From assembly GCA_964019425.1 (NCBI GenBank), contig OZ025782.1, forward strand, positions 1,240,001 through 1,304,000: a stretch of DNA of 64,000 bases, read 5' to 3'. The position numbers and the translations under genes were made by a program. Below the pieces are notes generated by a model that saw only the letters and a program-made list of their open reading frames with translations, did not search any database and was not told the DNA's origin. The DNA is from Flectonema sp. DT1601. Its lineage: Eukaryota. Positions 22,368 through 33,746 of this stretch are shown piece after piece; position 1 is the stretch's first letter, and every line of letters starts with the position of its first letter.

Positions 22368-25163
22368 TCATAGAGAATAGTTATTGTACAGCACGTATTC
22401 GACAGAGTGTTCACCCCATCTATTAAGGTTGTCATCATTTATCCCCTGCAATACTGATGTTTGTGGTGGTGCTACGGAAGGTTGCACTCTAGTACTGGAG
22501 TTCATCGAATTTTCACAACTGCTGCTAACACTTGGTTCTGGATTTGATTGCAAGAGAGATGGATGCTTTGGTAATCTGTAACATGAATCAAATCCCTTCA
22601 AAGGCTTAGAACAGTTTTCAAACACAACAGAACCCACTAAAGGATGAATATGACCATTCTCTTCAGATCCCATGTCGCTAGTAGTGACAATATCTCTATC
22701 AAGTTGTTTTTTCTTTTCATCATTTCTAAGATTACCCTTAAACCCCGATGATAAATCCATACAAACAGAAAACATATCAAAAACAGATCTAATCAACGTC
22801 AAAGTCACTGAAGCACTAATACAATGCTCTGATAACGTTCCCGGTAAGTTACTCACATTAAGAGCATACCCGTGTAAGGACCAAAGCTGAAATCCAAGTC
22901 CAGCTACACTGGCTATTCCTGCTAAGACGCTGAGGTGTTTTAGCATTTTTGATATGAATAAGTTTTTTGCCATTGTTATGAGGGTTTGTACTAGTAAGAC
23001 AACAATCATTAATGAAATTTTCATCGTGCAAGTTCCCTTATTATCATCAGGAATCCAAGAGAGAGTTACAATAGCGACGACAGATCCGAACTCAATCAAA
23101 GTATAATGCCCTCGGATAATATCTACTGGGAGGTACACATCATAAAGAGGACCTCTACGAGACACGTAGTCATCATCGTAAGTGTTGTGCCAAGTGCCTG
23201 CTCCAAATATGTAAATCATCGCAGGCGAGTAGTGCGATAAGCCCTCTTGAGAGATAGGTGCGAAGTATGTTAAAGAATCATCCGTGCGGAAGAAGAAGAA
23301 TATAACAGCTAGCAACCCAATACAAAATACTACTCCAGTGATCCCAACGACAACAGCAACAGCTTCACCCTCTCCTCGAAACAATAACTCTCCACTGTAT
23401 AGTAATATAGAAGGGAATAGAATTAACATCGGAGGTATTAGGATTCCTGGATAACGAAGTTTTGCCTCGATAGACTGTAAGTCACCAGTCTTCCACGCTG
23501 TAGCTCTACAAATAATCGTAAGTATGATGTACATTACTAAGCAAACACCAATGTTTCCAATAATACAACCTGACCAGTAGTCATCGTTAATAGAAAACCT
23601 TGTCGGGTGTATTGCGAAGGGTAAAGGAGTACCAGGGAACTCTCTAATGCAATGCATCTCTAATGAGATAACAATCGTACTGGTCACGGCTCCGCCACCT
23701 GAACTGCCGACAATACCGGCGACTGCTGTGGTTCCTATCGCAACGCCGCCTGTTGCAGAAGACTTGAAATTAGTAAATCCCGAAGGGAATGTCTCGTGAC
23801 CTGTCGGTACTGATGTTGGTACCAACGTCGGATCAACGCTGGAGCCACTGTTGGAGCCACTGCTGGTATCAACGTCAGAGCCAGTAGTGTTGGTATCAAC
23901 GTCAGAGCCAGTAGTGTTGGTGTCAACGTCGGAGCCACTGTTGATATCAACGTCGGAGTCAGTGTTGGTACCAACGCCGGAGCTACCATCGCTGGAGCTA
24001 CCAATGTCGGAACCAGTGTTTACCAACGATGGAGCCAGTGTTGGTACCAACGTCGGAGGCAGCAGTGTGGGTACCAACGTCGGAGCCAGTGTTGGTACCA
24101 CAGTCGGTATTGCCGTTGGTGAAATAGTTGATGGGATACAACTCCCCACCCAAGTACACAAATCTGTTGTCCGACATGCTGTCTCCAAAATGAATTCCTC
24201 ACAAGATGAAAAGATAACTTGTGTCATAACAATGTCTGATAGGCTACTATTAAGAGAACCAACCCCTCCCCATTCACAGATGTAATTTTCATTTAAGTTA
24301 GAAATGAAGGGGAAGTCTGACCATCCCAAATTAAACTTAGAATTAACGGATAAATAATCCTCACCAGTTTTAAAGCAGGATCCGCCGTGTTGAGGACACG
24401 GAGCAACTACATTATTCGGCTCACCAGAACTCCAGTTACCGAAGAGAATATCCACCCCTCCCGAACGGAAGAGACTGCCTTGCCCACATTGAGGATATAA
24501 TGTGTTATTACAGCCAATCCTTTTTTTTTCAATGGGTCCCATGTCGCAGCCGGAGCGGGCTGCTGTTGTGAGGCTGGTGTCGTAAGGAGGGCAGCCTTCT
24601 GGTCCAGTGACCCAAACCCAATCCCCTTCTACAGCATTATCAGTTCCTCCAGTTAACCCACTGAGGTTTTTATCCAGAATGAAATCATTCTCGCTTGGAG
24701 ACGTCAAAGTTACCAAATATCCCGCCAGCCCAAAGTAATCATTCGATGTTAACGCACACCTTTTTATTGCTTCTCCCCAGTCACACGCTGGGCTACAGTA
24801 TTGGCGACTATAAAAGTGTTGATTCACACTATTATAGAAAACCTTTCCCCAATTATATCTAATTGTTCTGGTGCCGTTACTTGCTGCTCTGAACTCAACA
24901 CCACCCAGAATAGAAGCAAACTGTCTAACTGTTCCTACACCGTCGAGTACATATCGTCCTCCTTGAATCATTTGAAGACCCGTACAAGTTGTACAGCGAA
25001 CATTATCTCCAGGCTTGAACCCATTTATGAATTCTATCGTGACACCATCGATGGTCTCATTACAGACAGCTCCACAGTCCACGTTTGGAAAGAGATTCAT
25101 GAATACACCATTAGTATACATCACACTCAGAGTGACCGGGAGTAATAATGCTATCCCCAACAT
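22368..25163 (-). CDS. cell-surface protein: signal peptide, C-type lectin-like domain, Pro/Thr/Ser stalk, ~7 TM C-terminal domain
   Basis: 931 aa. CDWGEA..C, GYLVTLTS..EN, GGTD..EGDWVW, NWSSGEPNN and YICEW match a CTLD. PTLVP/PTLAP and GSDVDTNTT repeats. Seven hydrophobic segments after the stalk. Confidence 0.85.
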   Translation of the reverse strand: MLGIALLLPVTLSVMYTNGVFMNLFPNVDCGAVCNETIDGVTIEFINGFKPGDNVRCTTCTGLQMIQGGRYVLDGVGTVRQFASILGGVEFRAASNGTRTIRYNWGKVFYNSVNQHFYSRQYCSPACDWGEAIKRCALTSNDYFGLAGYLVTLTSPSENDFILDKNLSGLTGGTDNAVEGDWVWVTGPEGCPPYDTSLTTAARSGCDMGPIEKKRIGCNNTLYPQCGQGSLFRSGGVDILFGNWSSGEPNNVVAPCPQHGGSCFKTGEDYLSVNSKFNLGWSDFPFISNLNENYICEWGGVGSLNSSLSDIVMTQVIFSSCEEFILETACRTTDLCTWVGSCIPSTISPTAIPTVVPTLAPTLVPTLLPPTLVPTLAPSLVNTGSDIGSSSDGSSGVGTNTDSDVDINSGSDVDTNTTGSDVDTNTTGSDVDTSSGSNSGSSVDPTLVPTSVPTGHETFPSGFTNFKSSATGGVAIGTTAVAGIVGSSGGGAVTSTIVISLEMHCIREFPGTPLPFAIHPTRFSINDDYWSGCIIGNIGVCLVMYIILTIICRATAWKTGDLQSIEAKLRYPGILIPPMLILFPSILLYSGELLFRGEGEAVAVVVGITGVVFCIGLLAVIFFFFRTDDSLTYFAPISQEGLSHYSPAMIYIFGAGTWHNTYDDDYVSRRGPLYDVYLPVDIIRGHYTLIEFGSVVAIVTLSWIPDDNKGTCTMKISLMIVVLLVQTLITMAKNLFISKMLKHLSVLAGIASVAGLGFQLWSLHGYALNVSNLPGTLSEHCISASVTLTLIRSVFDMFSVCMDLSSGFKGNLRNDEKKKQLDRDIVTTSDMGSEENGHIHPLVGSVVFENCSKPLKGFDSCYRLPKHPSLLQSNPEPSVSSSCENSMNSSTRVQPSVAPPQTSVLQGINDDNLNRWGEHSVEYVLYNNYSL
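23800..24115 (-). repeat. coding tandem repeats (mucin-like stalk)
   Basis: 27-bp unit gtcagagccagtagtgttggt(a/g)tcaac at 23874-23927 plus degenerate 12/24-bp PTLV/PTLA units. Confidence 0.8.
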
Positions 25164-25420
25164 TGTACGTTGATAACTGAGGGAGAGAGAGATAGAGATA
25201 AGAGAGAAAAAAACACTAAATCAAATAATTGTGTCACCTGAAAAGAGAAAAAAAAGTACTTCGTATGGCTAAACTGACAATATCGTCTTTTGTTACGAAT
25301 TATTATGAGAAATCGTGTCGCGAAATCCCGTGAAAACGGGATAAGATTGCAGAAAGTGTTTACAGAAGTAACATCTGTGAAACACTAAACTGCGTGTAAG
25401 TGGTAATAATATAAGTGTAA

Positions 25421-26806
25421 TCATTCCCATGGCTTGGGTGGTATAACACAAACAAGACCAGACTCCGGAAGCAGTCCTGTACTGAGCATGGTATCGAGAG
25501 GATGCAGAGTCCTGCCTTCCTCATCAGAAAGCAGTGCTTCGTGAGTACCGATTCCAGTCATGCACCAAATTAGATTTAAGATTTCTTGTGATGTATGAAT
25601 TGGAGACAGAGGGATTTTAATAACGCTCGTTGAGAGACCAGACTTCTTTATTGCTATTGATATTTCTGTTTTGTCTGGATGGTCGGGGTGTTGAACTTCT
25701 GATGACCAAATTCGATCTGAAGGATTCCAAAAAGAAAGATCAACACTACAACCCGGACATAATCCAAGATCAGATAAGTGAGGTATTAAATAATTATCAT
25801 TTATTGATATAAACCTTAGCATTCCATCATCAACCGCTGATAATGTCAGAGGAGGTGGATGAAATGTCAAATACGAAACTCCACGTTCTAAATCTGCACA
25901 TGGCTGATACCCAACACTGTTAGGTGTTCGAAGGTACACTTCATGAATACCACATGGAGAGATTGTTTCATCCTCGTCATCGTATGATATCGATTTCTTT
26001 GATTCGCTATTAGCTAATGACTGTTTGTTAGGACGAAGTACACCCGCTACCCATCCATCATCAAAGAATCTCTCTTGTTCTTTCATCTGCATATTCAGTA
26101 CTGATTCTGTTACTTTCTTTATAGTGGCTGACCCAGTCATTGGAAGAATAATTATTTTAGGTTTTCCATCTTGGCTTCGTCTAAACTTGACAGTGCATGG
26201 TTGGTCTTCACTGGTTGTAAGTCCAATGTCGTAGAGTGTCGCATTGCTGTCGACAGTTCCTTGATTAAGTCGATAGCATTGCTCTAGAGGTAGGATTTTA
26301 TCATTGTATGTGAGTCGCATTAGACCAGGATCTGTTGGTCTTTTTGTTGTAGAACAAAGTCTACTATGAATAGAAGTCAACAAGTCTGAGAGCGTCGAAT
26401 GAACATTCCATCTCATTGACATACTTGAAAGAGAAGAACCAGTAGTAACTGTGATATCATGATAGCCTCCTCGTACCATTATCAGAGGAACAAATCCTCC
26501 TATTGCGTACTTCGACATTTCATCGTCTAAATCCATAGTACCTCCTTCAAGCCAAAATTCAACTGAATCTTCACCAGCTTCAAAATCCTCTTGCTCTTGT
26601 AACTCTTTTCGTACTTGTCTTACTGTTGATGAGAGAGGCATTCTTATTACGGCTTGAGCTCTTTTTTTAGAACAGCTTGGCAGTCTAAACATAAAACTAA
26701 CAACCTCATTCTTATCTCTGTAGCTAACTATCTCATCTGTCAGTATCGATGGATGGGATCCGTCTTCTGAATAGTAGATGTTTCTATTCTTATCGAGTAT
26801 GGGCAT
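25421..26806 (-). CDS. hypothetical protein with probable degenerate ubiquitin-like domains
   Basis: 461 aa from ATG 26806, preceded by a pyrimidine tract and CAG. Segments STVRQVRKEL..G.TMDLD..MSKY.I, STLSDLL..RLTYNDKIL..ATLYDIGL and GRTLHPLDTMLSTGL recall Ubl folds. Confidence 0.6.
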   Translation of the reverse strand: MPILDKNRNIYYSEDGSHPSILTDEIVSYRDKNEVVSFMFRLPSCSKKRAQAVIRMPLSSTVRQVRKELQEQEDFEAGEDSVEFWLEGGTMDLDDEMSKYAIGGFVPLIMVRGGYHDITVTTGSSLSSMSMRWNVHSTLSDLLTSIHSRLCSTTKRPTDPGLMRLTYNDKILPLEQCYRLNQGTVDSNATLYDIGLTTSEDQPCTVKFRRSQDGKPKIIILPMTGSATIKKVTESVLNMQMKEQERFFDDGWVAGVLRPNKQSLANSESKKSISYDDEDETISPCGIHEVYLRTPNSVGYQPCADLERGVSYLTFHPPPLTLSAVDDGMLRFISINDNYLIPHLSDLGLCPGCSVDLSFWNPSDRIWSSEVQHPDHPDKTEISIAIKKSGLSTSVIKIPLSPIHTSQEILNLIWCMTGIGTHEALLSDEEGRTLHPLDTMLSTGLLPESGLVCVIPPKPWE

Positions 26807-27065
26807 ATTTGTAGTCCTGGAAAAAAGAGATGAAAAAAAAAAATATGAATAAGAATAAGAATAAGAATATATAACAACAAACACAAACCGTTTATTACCG
26901 ATTACAAGACTGCTATAAAGAAGTATTAATTATAGTTATCAGAGAGTACATGTTTTAATAAGGTTGGTAGAATCGACGACTTGGAAAATTGAGAGGTGGG
27001 TGGGAACACAACTCAAACGATCAAGTCTTGTGAGCTATTACTACACACAATGAGGAACAAATGCA

Positions 27066-27122
27066 TTGTCGGTGGGGTGAAACTTTGACAATGTAAAAAC
27101 AGTAACAACTTTGTCGGTGGGG
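27066..27122. repeat. short dispersed element copy 1 with 12-bp flanking direct repeat
   Basis: TTGTCGGTGGGG - TGAAACTTTGACAATGTAAAAACAGTAACAACT - TTGTCGGTGGGG. Confidence 0.85.
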
Positions 27123-27384
27123 GAAAAACAATCAAGCGCAATATCGGAATTCATTTTTCATTTTTTTTTTTTTTTTTCTCTTTTCTTTTCTTTTTCATTT
27201 TTTCTTCCCATTTCGAGTTTTTTTTTTCTCTCTTTTTTTTTCTTTGCTGAGCCCAAGTGGACCACTCTGCATTTCTTCAATTTCAGAATTTAGATCAGAA
27301 AATAGTAGTTAAATGCAAATAATAACTCCGTTCGAATAAAACTTTTAATTTGCATAATATTCTCAACAGGAATCAATAGTAGTA

Positions 27385-27444
27385 CTTCAATGGGGGTGAA
27401 ACTTTAACAATGTAAAAACAGTAACAACTTTGCTTCAATGGGGG
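27385..27444. repeat. short dispersed element copy 2 with 12-bp flanking direct repeat
   Basis: CTTCAATGGGGG - TGAAACTTTAACAATGTAAAAACAGTAACAACTTTG - CTTCAATGGGGG. Confidence 0.85.
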
Positions 27445-27832
27445 AAAAAAAAGTGAGGCGATCGTATCTAATAGATGGTGGGGACGATGAAAAAGTTTTT
27501 TTTTTTTTTTTTTTGATTTTTTTTTAATATATTTTTTGAAGTTTTTTTTTTTCATCTAAATGTTGATGCAACATCACGCTTTTTTGAAAGTATGACCACC
27601 GTAGAATTTGAACGTGGGTGACGACAGTATTTAAAATTCTTCTTGTTTTTTTTCTTTTTTTCCATAACATTTTTGCCCAGCCACTCGAATAAACTTATTC
27701 TGAGAAAAGACTCTCGGAACAACAAAAATTTTAAAGACCACCGGTTTTCTCAGAGAGAATTCCAGCAGACAAAGAAAAGTAAAAGAACTGTACTACCATG
27801 CGGTTTCTTCCCGGCATCTTCGCTTCGGCGAG

Positions 27833-27863
<31 letters not shown>

Positions 27864-29093
27864 AAAAAAGAACTCCTACGATAAAATTGGTGTACAAAAG
27901 CAACTAATTCTCCACCGTAGTTATGACAGATCAAAGGTAATTCAGTTTTAAAAAAATAAATAAATAAAAAAGAATGCATTGCATGCCCCCATGCCTCAAC
28001 TAACCAGAAAGTCTCCTAAATGAGATACGTACAGCAAATGAAATAAAGACTCAAAATAAGATAAAAAAATAAAAACGCTACCAATAATGGTCAAAAAGAA
28101 AAAAGGGCGATAAATTTGTGTCATGCAAATATGAATGTGATATCCAAAACTAAATATCATCATCATCCAGCGTGAGAAAAAGATGACAACAAAGAGGAAA
28201 ACAAAAACACCCAAAAAAAAAAAAAAAAAAATTGTAAGGCAGAAACGTAAAAAAGTGAAAAATGCTGTTTTCTTTTTCCCGAAAAAACATCCTCACATTG
28301 ATTACCAAAACAGTGAAATGCTTGCTGTTGAAAGACTACAAACAAACACGTTGTGACCAACAGAAGAAGAAGAATAGTAACATAGCAGAGGCTTGCGCAA
28401 AATACCTTTGCAAAAAAAATAAACAAGAGTTTTTTACTTTATATGTGAAGAAAAAGAAAACATTTACTAACTTTTCCACCTTACTTCAACGTTTTAGTTC
28501 TCTAAGCTGCTCTAAGGAAAAAGGAGCATCGCAGGAATAATCAAGAGATAACCAGGCGTTGAATTCTATCGGAAGCGCGTGAGGGAGGGAGGATGAAAAA
28601 ATGAAAACAAAACAATCGACCTTGTGAATGATTGACTTAAATAGCAATTGAAAAAGGAAAGTTTCTTCTGTTCGCACAATAAGGTGGAAAGGGAATGGGA
28701 AAGCAGGTACATCACCACATTCGAGCCGGCTACACAAAATTATGAGCTGATGTGCCCAGCACTGATCACTCGTCCAATGGCAGTATTCTGTAACAGATTG
28801 AGTGCACAGTTTTGGTTTCTGAGAAAATCACTGCGTCGTCAGCTCCATCGGAGTACTACGACAGCAGCAGTAATTACTGATGAGTAAGTTGGAAAGGGTT
28901 ACTAAAAAAAAGGAACGTTTGCTTCAGATTTTATCGCTGGACTTTCTCAGCATTTTCAATATTTCATTATGCACTGCGACCACCAATGATGTCAAGGTAT
29001 CCCAACTGAGTACGAGTAATCATTAGAAAGCATTGTATAAGAAGGTATGGCAAAGCCGCAAGTGTTTAGCGCAAAGAGTTTTGATTTGTGCGA

Positions 29094-30460
29094 TTATTTA
29101 TTCGTTTCTTCTTCTTTTGCCTCACCTTCAATATCAAGGACAGGCTGGTCACCCTGATCACCCCTTCTGTAGGTATCGATAATACTTTGGACGTAAGGCA
29201 AACTATGAGTGCGAGTATAGATTGTCATTGGGTTAAGGAAGTCTTGATTATCGAATACGATACACCAGTCGGATCTGTGTTGTTGTTTTGTGATGACATA
29301 ACTCACAACTTGAATATTGTTGAAAACACTCAAAAATACAAAAATACATACTTTGTTGGGTCCATAAAGTATTGGATCGCTCTCATTGACGCCTCCCACT
29401 TCTCCCACGTTCCATCATTCCAACGACCGTTTTCATGAGCTCTGTTTAGAGCACGTGCACGTGCCTCTTTGTACGATACAACAAGACCGATAACATCAAT
29501 ACGGTAACCGTGCTTTCTAACTTCCTCAACTTCTCTTTGCAATTTTGCAAAGTTAGATGCTGTTGACGGAAGGACGATGTTCTTACGAGCGGCAATACAC
29601 TCAGCGTGAAGACGTTTCTTCAGCTTTCTGGTGTACGGAAGCAAAATGTTTAACGCATCCTTGTAACCAGTTGTGCGATCTGAAAGGACTGACATCCATC
29701 CTTTGTGTTTGTTACGAAACTCATCTCCATCAATTTCAACGTAGTCGTCAAGATTGATTTGAAGCATACTTTCAGTTTGTGGTCTGACAGCTGACTTACC
29801 AGCTGCTGCTGGTCCAATTACAAAGATTGCTCTCGGATCGATGTCTTCCGTCATACTTGGAGCGCTTCTGAAGTGAATCGCTTCTTCAATTTCGTGGATC
29901 TCCAATTCATCAAAATCCCTGTCCACCTTCTTACGAACATCTTCCGGCATTGTGTCCTGCCAAACTCTACCAGGAAGGCATCTTTTAGTTTTGAAATCCC
30001 AATAGATATTAGCACAAGGGTGATCGACGCAGTCATGTAGACTCTTAATTCCAGCGACACGGTATAAGATAGAATGATAGGTCTTTACTTGTTCGCGGGT
30101 AATTAAACTGCTCTGGTCTATGGTGTCAGCAGCACCTTTCCAAGCCTGCAGTGACCTCTCCATTAGCATAGTCTTTCTTGCTCCTTCAGCGACAGACTGA
30201 ATTCTGGCTTCAGCGAAATTACGACCTCTGGCTGAACCTTGTCCAACATCTGTGGTGCTATTCCTTCTCAGCGCTGGTGCAGTTGTTTTCCTCTCCAAGT
30301 CAGATTCACTTGAGATTACCAACTGCGATGTGGAAGCAGCTTTTCCTGGAATATCCAAAAAGCAAGGCTTGCTCTCTTCTGGAGGTTCCAACTCTGGCTT
30401 TGAGGCCGCAGCTGCGTTTGCTCCAGCAGTTTGAAACTTCTTTATAGAAAAAGACACCAT
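29094..30460 (-). CDS. zeta-toxin-like P-loop kinase, 2 exons, ~429 aa
   Basis: Exons 30460-29352 and 29274-29094 (intron GTATGT...CACAG). Walker A GPAAAGKS, IDGDEFR..H, lid ARARALNRAHENGR and C-terminal VFDN fit the zeta toxin family. Confidence 0.8.
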
Positions 30461-30750
30461 TATATAGATGAAAAAAAACGTGTCTGCCGAGGGGGGTAAA
30501 ATGTTACTGAGGTTTAATAAACAACTACTATGTAAGAAGTAGTACGAAAGACCTTTATTGGTTTCCGTTTCTTTGCTTCCTTCTCACAAAGGATCATTTC
30601 ATCGTCACAGGACAGATGCATTCAAAAAAATATTAATCCGGTTTATGCCTTTTTAATGTTCGTAATAACGGTTGGTAATATTCACTTTTTTTTTTTTTTT
30701 TTTTTTTTTTTCCCCCTCAATATAAAAAAAAACAAAAAAAATTATCTGCC

Positions 30751-31596
30751 TCAAAAACTGTTAAAGTAAAGCAATGCCCTCTGTCTTGCTTGTTGAGTGC
30801 TACTGGTTATCCATTCAGATATCAAACAGGAAGTATCAGTGTACGAAATCGGTTCAGAAATATCTATCGGAGGTTCTAAGGAATATCTACCATGAACAAC
30901 ACTACAAATACTTACAACACCAGCACTGCAACAAAGCTTTACTACATTAGTGAGGAACCCTCTGAAGACATCCCATACAGATATTTTACAAGATTTTATT
31001 TTGTTATTTTGAGGAAGACATGCATGCATTAGAAGCCTACGTTTTACCACATCGAACGGCTGAGATAACCCACACAACAATAGTGAGACTACAAGAGGTC
31101 GAAGAAACCCTGGAACCTCCAATCGAGATTGAATCCAAGATGAAACAACTGGTTTTACCATATGAAGAAGAAGCTGCTGGATACCATGAACAGCAAAGAA
31201 ATCACTATGGAATAATATTCTTGGACGTGTGAAGGCTCCTGAACAACTGTCACTAAGAAGAAAAGTTCGTGTAATCTCTACTGGGTGTAGTAGTACACAT
31301 CGTATTGCTAAGGACAATTCTGGTGAAGCTGCAACTTTAAGCACTTCTTCACAAGTCAGTAGAAAAACACTATATCCTGTTCCCCTCCATAGACACCAAT
31401 ACGATCTTCGTTGTAAAAGCATTTTTGTTATTCCGAAAATCCCAGTTTGCTCTTCACTCTTAGTATCAATCCCTCCAGTCTGCTGAATACATCTTACCCT
31501 TTCTAGGGGAGCAGTTACAAATCGAACTACAGCACCGACCGCTACTAAATAAGTAACCTGAGCATATAAAGTATCTCTGGTAGTTTTGTCAGACAT
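30751..31596 (-). CDS. divergent mitochondrial carrier family protein
   Basis: Three Px[DE]xx[KR] signatures (PLERVR, PVEITR, PFDVVKRR) plus LWRG and FRG motifs. ATG at 31596. Confidence 0.8.
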   Translation of the reverse strand: MSDKTTRDTLYAQVTYLVAVGAVVRFVTAPLERVRCIQQTGGIDTKSEEQTGIFGITKMLLQRRSYWCLWRGTGYSVFLLTCEEVLKVAASPELSLAIRCVLLHPVEITRTFLLSDSCSGAFTRPRILFHSDFFAVHGIQQLLLHMVKPVVSSWIQSRLEVPGFLRPLVVSLLLCGLSQPFDVVKRRLLMHACLPQNNKIKSCKISVWDVFRGFLTNVVKLCCSAGVVSICSVVHGRYSLEPPIDISEPISYTDTSCLISEWITSSTQQARQRALLYFNSF

Positions 31597-32335
31597 TATT
31601 ACTTGCAAAGGGACAGGGGGGGAAAGAAAATATAAAACTTTAGAGTGAACCAGCGTAGTAATACGCAGCTTTTAACGGGCGATTTGCAAACTATTTTTTT
31701 TTTTTTTTTTCAACATAACTGATATGGAAATATAGATAATTAAGATATAGTTTTCCTATTCGGGTAAAAGAAATTTCGAAAGAGATAATGTTCTCAGACA
31801 GGTAAGGCGTAACAGCTAATAATAAAGTAATTAACAAAAAAGGTAAGCAAGCGAATAGCAAAGGGTGTGCGATATCGAAAAATATTTTTTTTTTTTTCTT
31901 TTCCCCCCCTTTCTCCCCTTCTTTTCTTTTGTTTTTTTCTATTTTTTCCCATTCTATTTCTACATCATTGAATCTGTTGCAGTATTCTAATAGCCTCCAT
32001 TAAAGGCAAAAAAAAAAAAAAAATAAATAAATAATTAAAAAAAATTCCGACATCCGTTAACGATCACAATCAGTTTTCGTAGAAAGGCTGCAGAACAGTG
32101 AATTTGGGCAAGTATACGGGAACAGGTCAGGTTTAGGGATATCGATAATTAAAGCAACCGTTATCAGTTAGCAGGTTGTGACCATAACAGATTGTTACAG
32201 TGATAGCTGCCACTGACTGTTAGCTCAGAAGAATCCATTTCATAAGTATAGAATGCGACATTTATGACAGCGGTCTGCTGCATTGCAACGTATTGATACA
32301 AAACAAAAGAAGTGAGTACCTGATGAGGACTTATA

Positions 32336-33141
32336 TTACCAATTAGCAAGAGTATCCCAATCTCCACTTTTATCATCACCAGAAGTACCATCAGCAGGAG
32401 AAGGTGAAGATTCCTCTTCGAGTTTTGGTTGCTCTTCTGGTTCACTGATTTCCGTGGCTTCTGTTGCTTCGGTTGTTTCTCCTGCTTGCTCTTTGTATTT
32501 TTTTAATTCTGACTCTACAGATATCAACTTCTCTTTCAAAGCTTTGCACTCTCTCCTACTCTCAGCTAGCAGTGTCGCCAACTCCTCTCTGTCAGTGTTT
32601 GAGCAGTCTATCCACTCATCACTTGCATCTTGTTTCTTATTCTTTTTCTCTTTTTCTTCAATTTCGCGTAGAAGTTTCTTACGCTCTTCTTCTCTGATTG
32701 ATGTTTTTTTTGTTTTGTTTTTTGTTGTATTATGATAAACAAAACACACCAACACAAGAATAACATAATAACAACTATCACATACTTTTGCAGCTTATCA
32801 AGTCGAAAGAAGTACCTTTTCCAGAAGTCGGATTCAGATACAGTGTCTGGTACCAACTCATAGTAGAAAGTGTTTACTCGAACCCTCTTTTCGAGGGTCT
32901 CAGAAGCCAAGGATTTGATATTCGCAGGACAGAAGTCTTCGTATCCCTCATCAGTTACTTCTGTTGTGTATGTTGATATGTCTTCTTCGAACTTCTCAGT
33001 GTATCCAAGTATATCATTTCTACTATCAGTAGTCTTTACTAGTGATTTAGTGTCATTTTGTACAACAGCTGCAAACTCGGTCAGGTCTTTTGAAATTGTT
33101 TCGCTGACTCCCGCTGCTTGTTGCTTCACCCAACTTAACAT
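32336..33141 (-). CDS. BSD-domain protein with coiled coil, 2 exons, ~237 aa
   Basis: Exons 33141-32786 and 32693-32336. BSD motif ELVPDTVSESDFWKRYFF, N-terminal KDLTEF and acidic C-terminus ending DWDTLANW. Confidence 0.85.
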
Positions 33142-33661
33142 GTTATCGTGCGCTGTTGAATAGTAGTATTGATAATAATAATACGGAGTTAATGGTTGCT
33201 TGGTCACTCAATTAAAAAAGTACTGAGTGCACATGTTTATTGAAAACTACTAACCGTCATGCAGGCAAGGGAGGGGTACTGTGTGCTCATGATCATCAGG
33301 CCAGAGTCTGACTCACGACAAAATCGAAGAAAGTAAAGCAAGAAACCAAAATTTCGACTTTCTTCACCAGAGCTTTTCGTGTTAAGCTTCTGCATGAGAA
33401 GTTAAGGTTAGAAAATATAAACAACAGCTGATAATAACGAATTAATTGACTCAATATATTCTCATTCAATCCTTTGGTTGAAGAGTCGTAACTATTTTTA
33501 GTCAATATTCGTACTTCAGAAAAACTAAATACAAAAAACACATTTCAGTCTTCAGGTGTGAAGAAGACGAGGATTCAACAACAACAACAACAACAAAAAA
33601 AAAAAAGGGGGAAAAAAAACCTAATTCAACCAAAAAAGTCTCCAATTACATACAAAAAAAA

Positions 33662-33746
33662 GTTGTCTACTGGGGTTCGAACGCGGGCGGAATTTCTGGA
33701 TGTGAGATTTGAAGAAAGTTGCCTCACGGGACTCGAACTTGACAAC
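33662..33746 (-). pseudogene. degenerate tRNA-Ser/Leu-like (type II) sequence or tRNA-derived repeat
   Basis: 85 nt GTTGTC...GACAAC (acceptor-like stem), CGAGT..AGGC D-region, CTTCAAAT loop, GTTCGAACCC B-box, then T8. Anticodon and T stems pair poorly. Confidence 0.55.

Noticed and set aside
26817..26888. Possible 5' intron upstream of ATG 26806
   Set aside because: No upstream in-frame ATG, and the pyrimidine-rich acceptor fits a trans-splice site better than the local intron pattern.
27066..27444. CRISPR-like repeats (~36 bp)
   Set aside because: Only two copies, 319 bp apart, with no regular spacers, no cas genes and a eukaryotic context.
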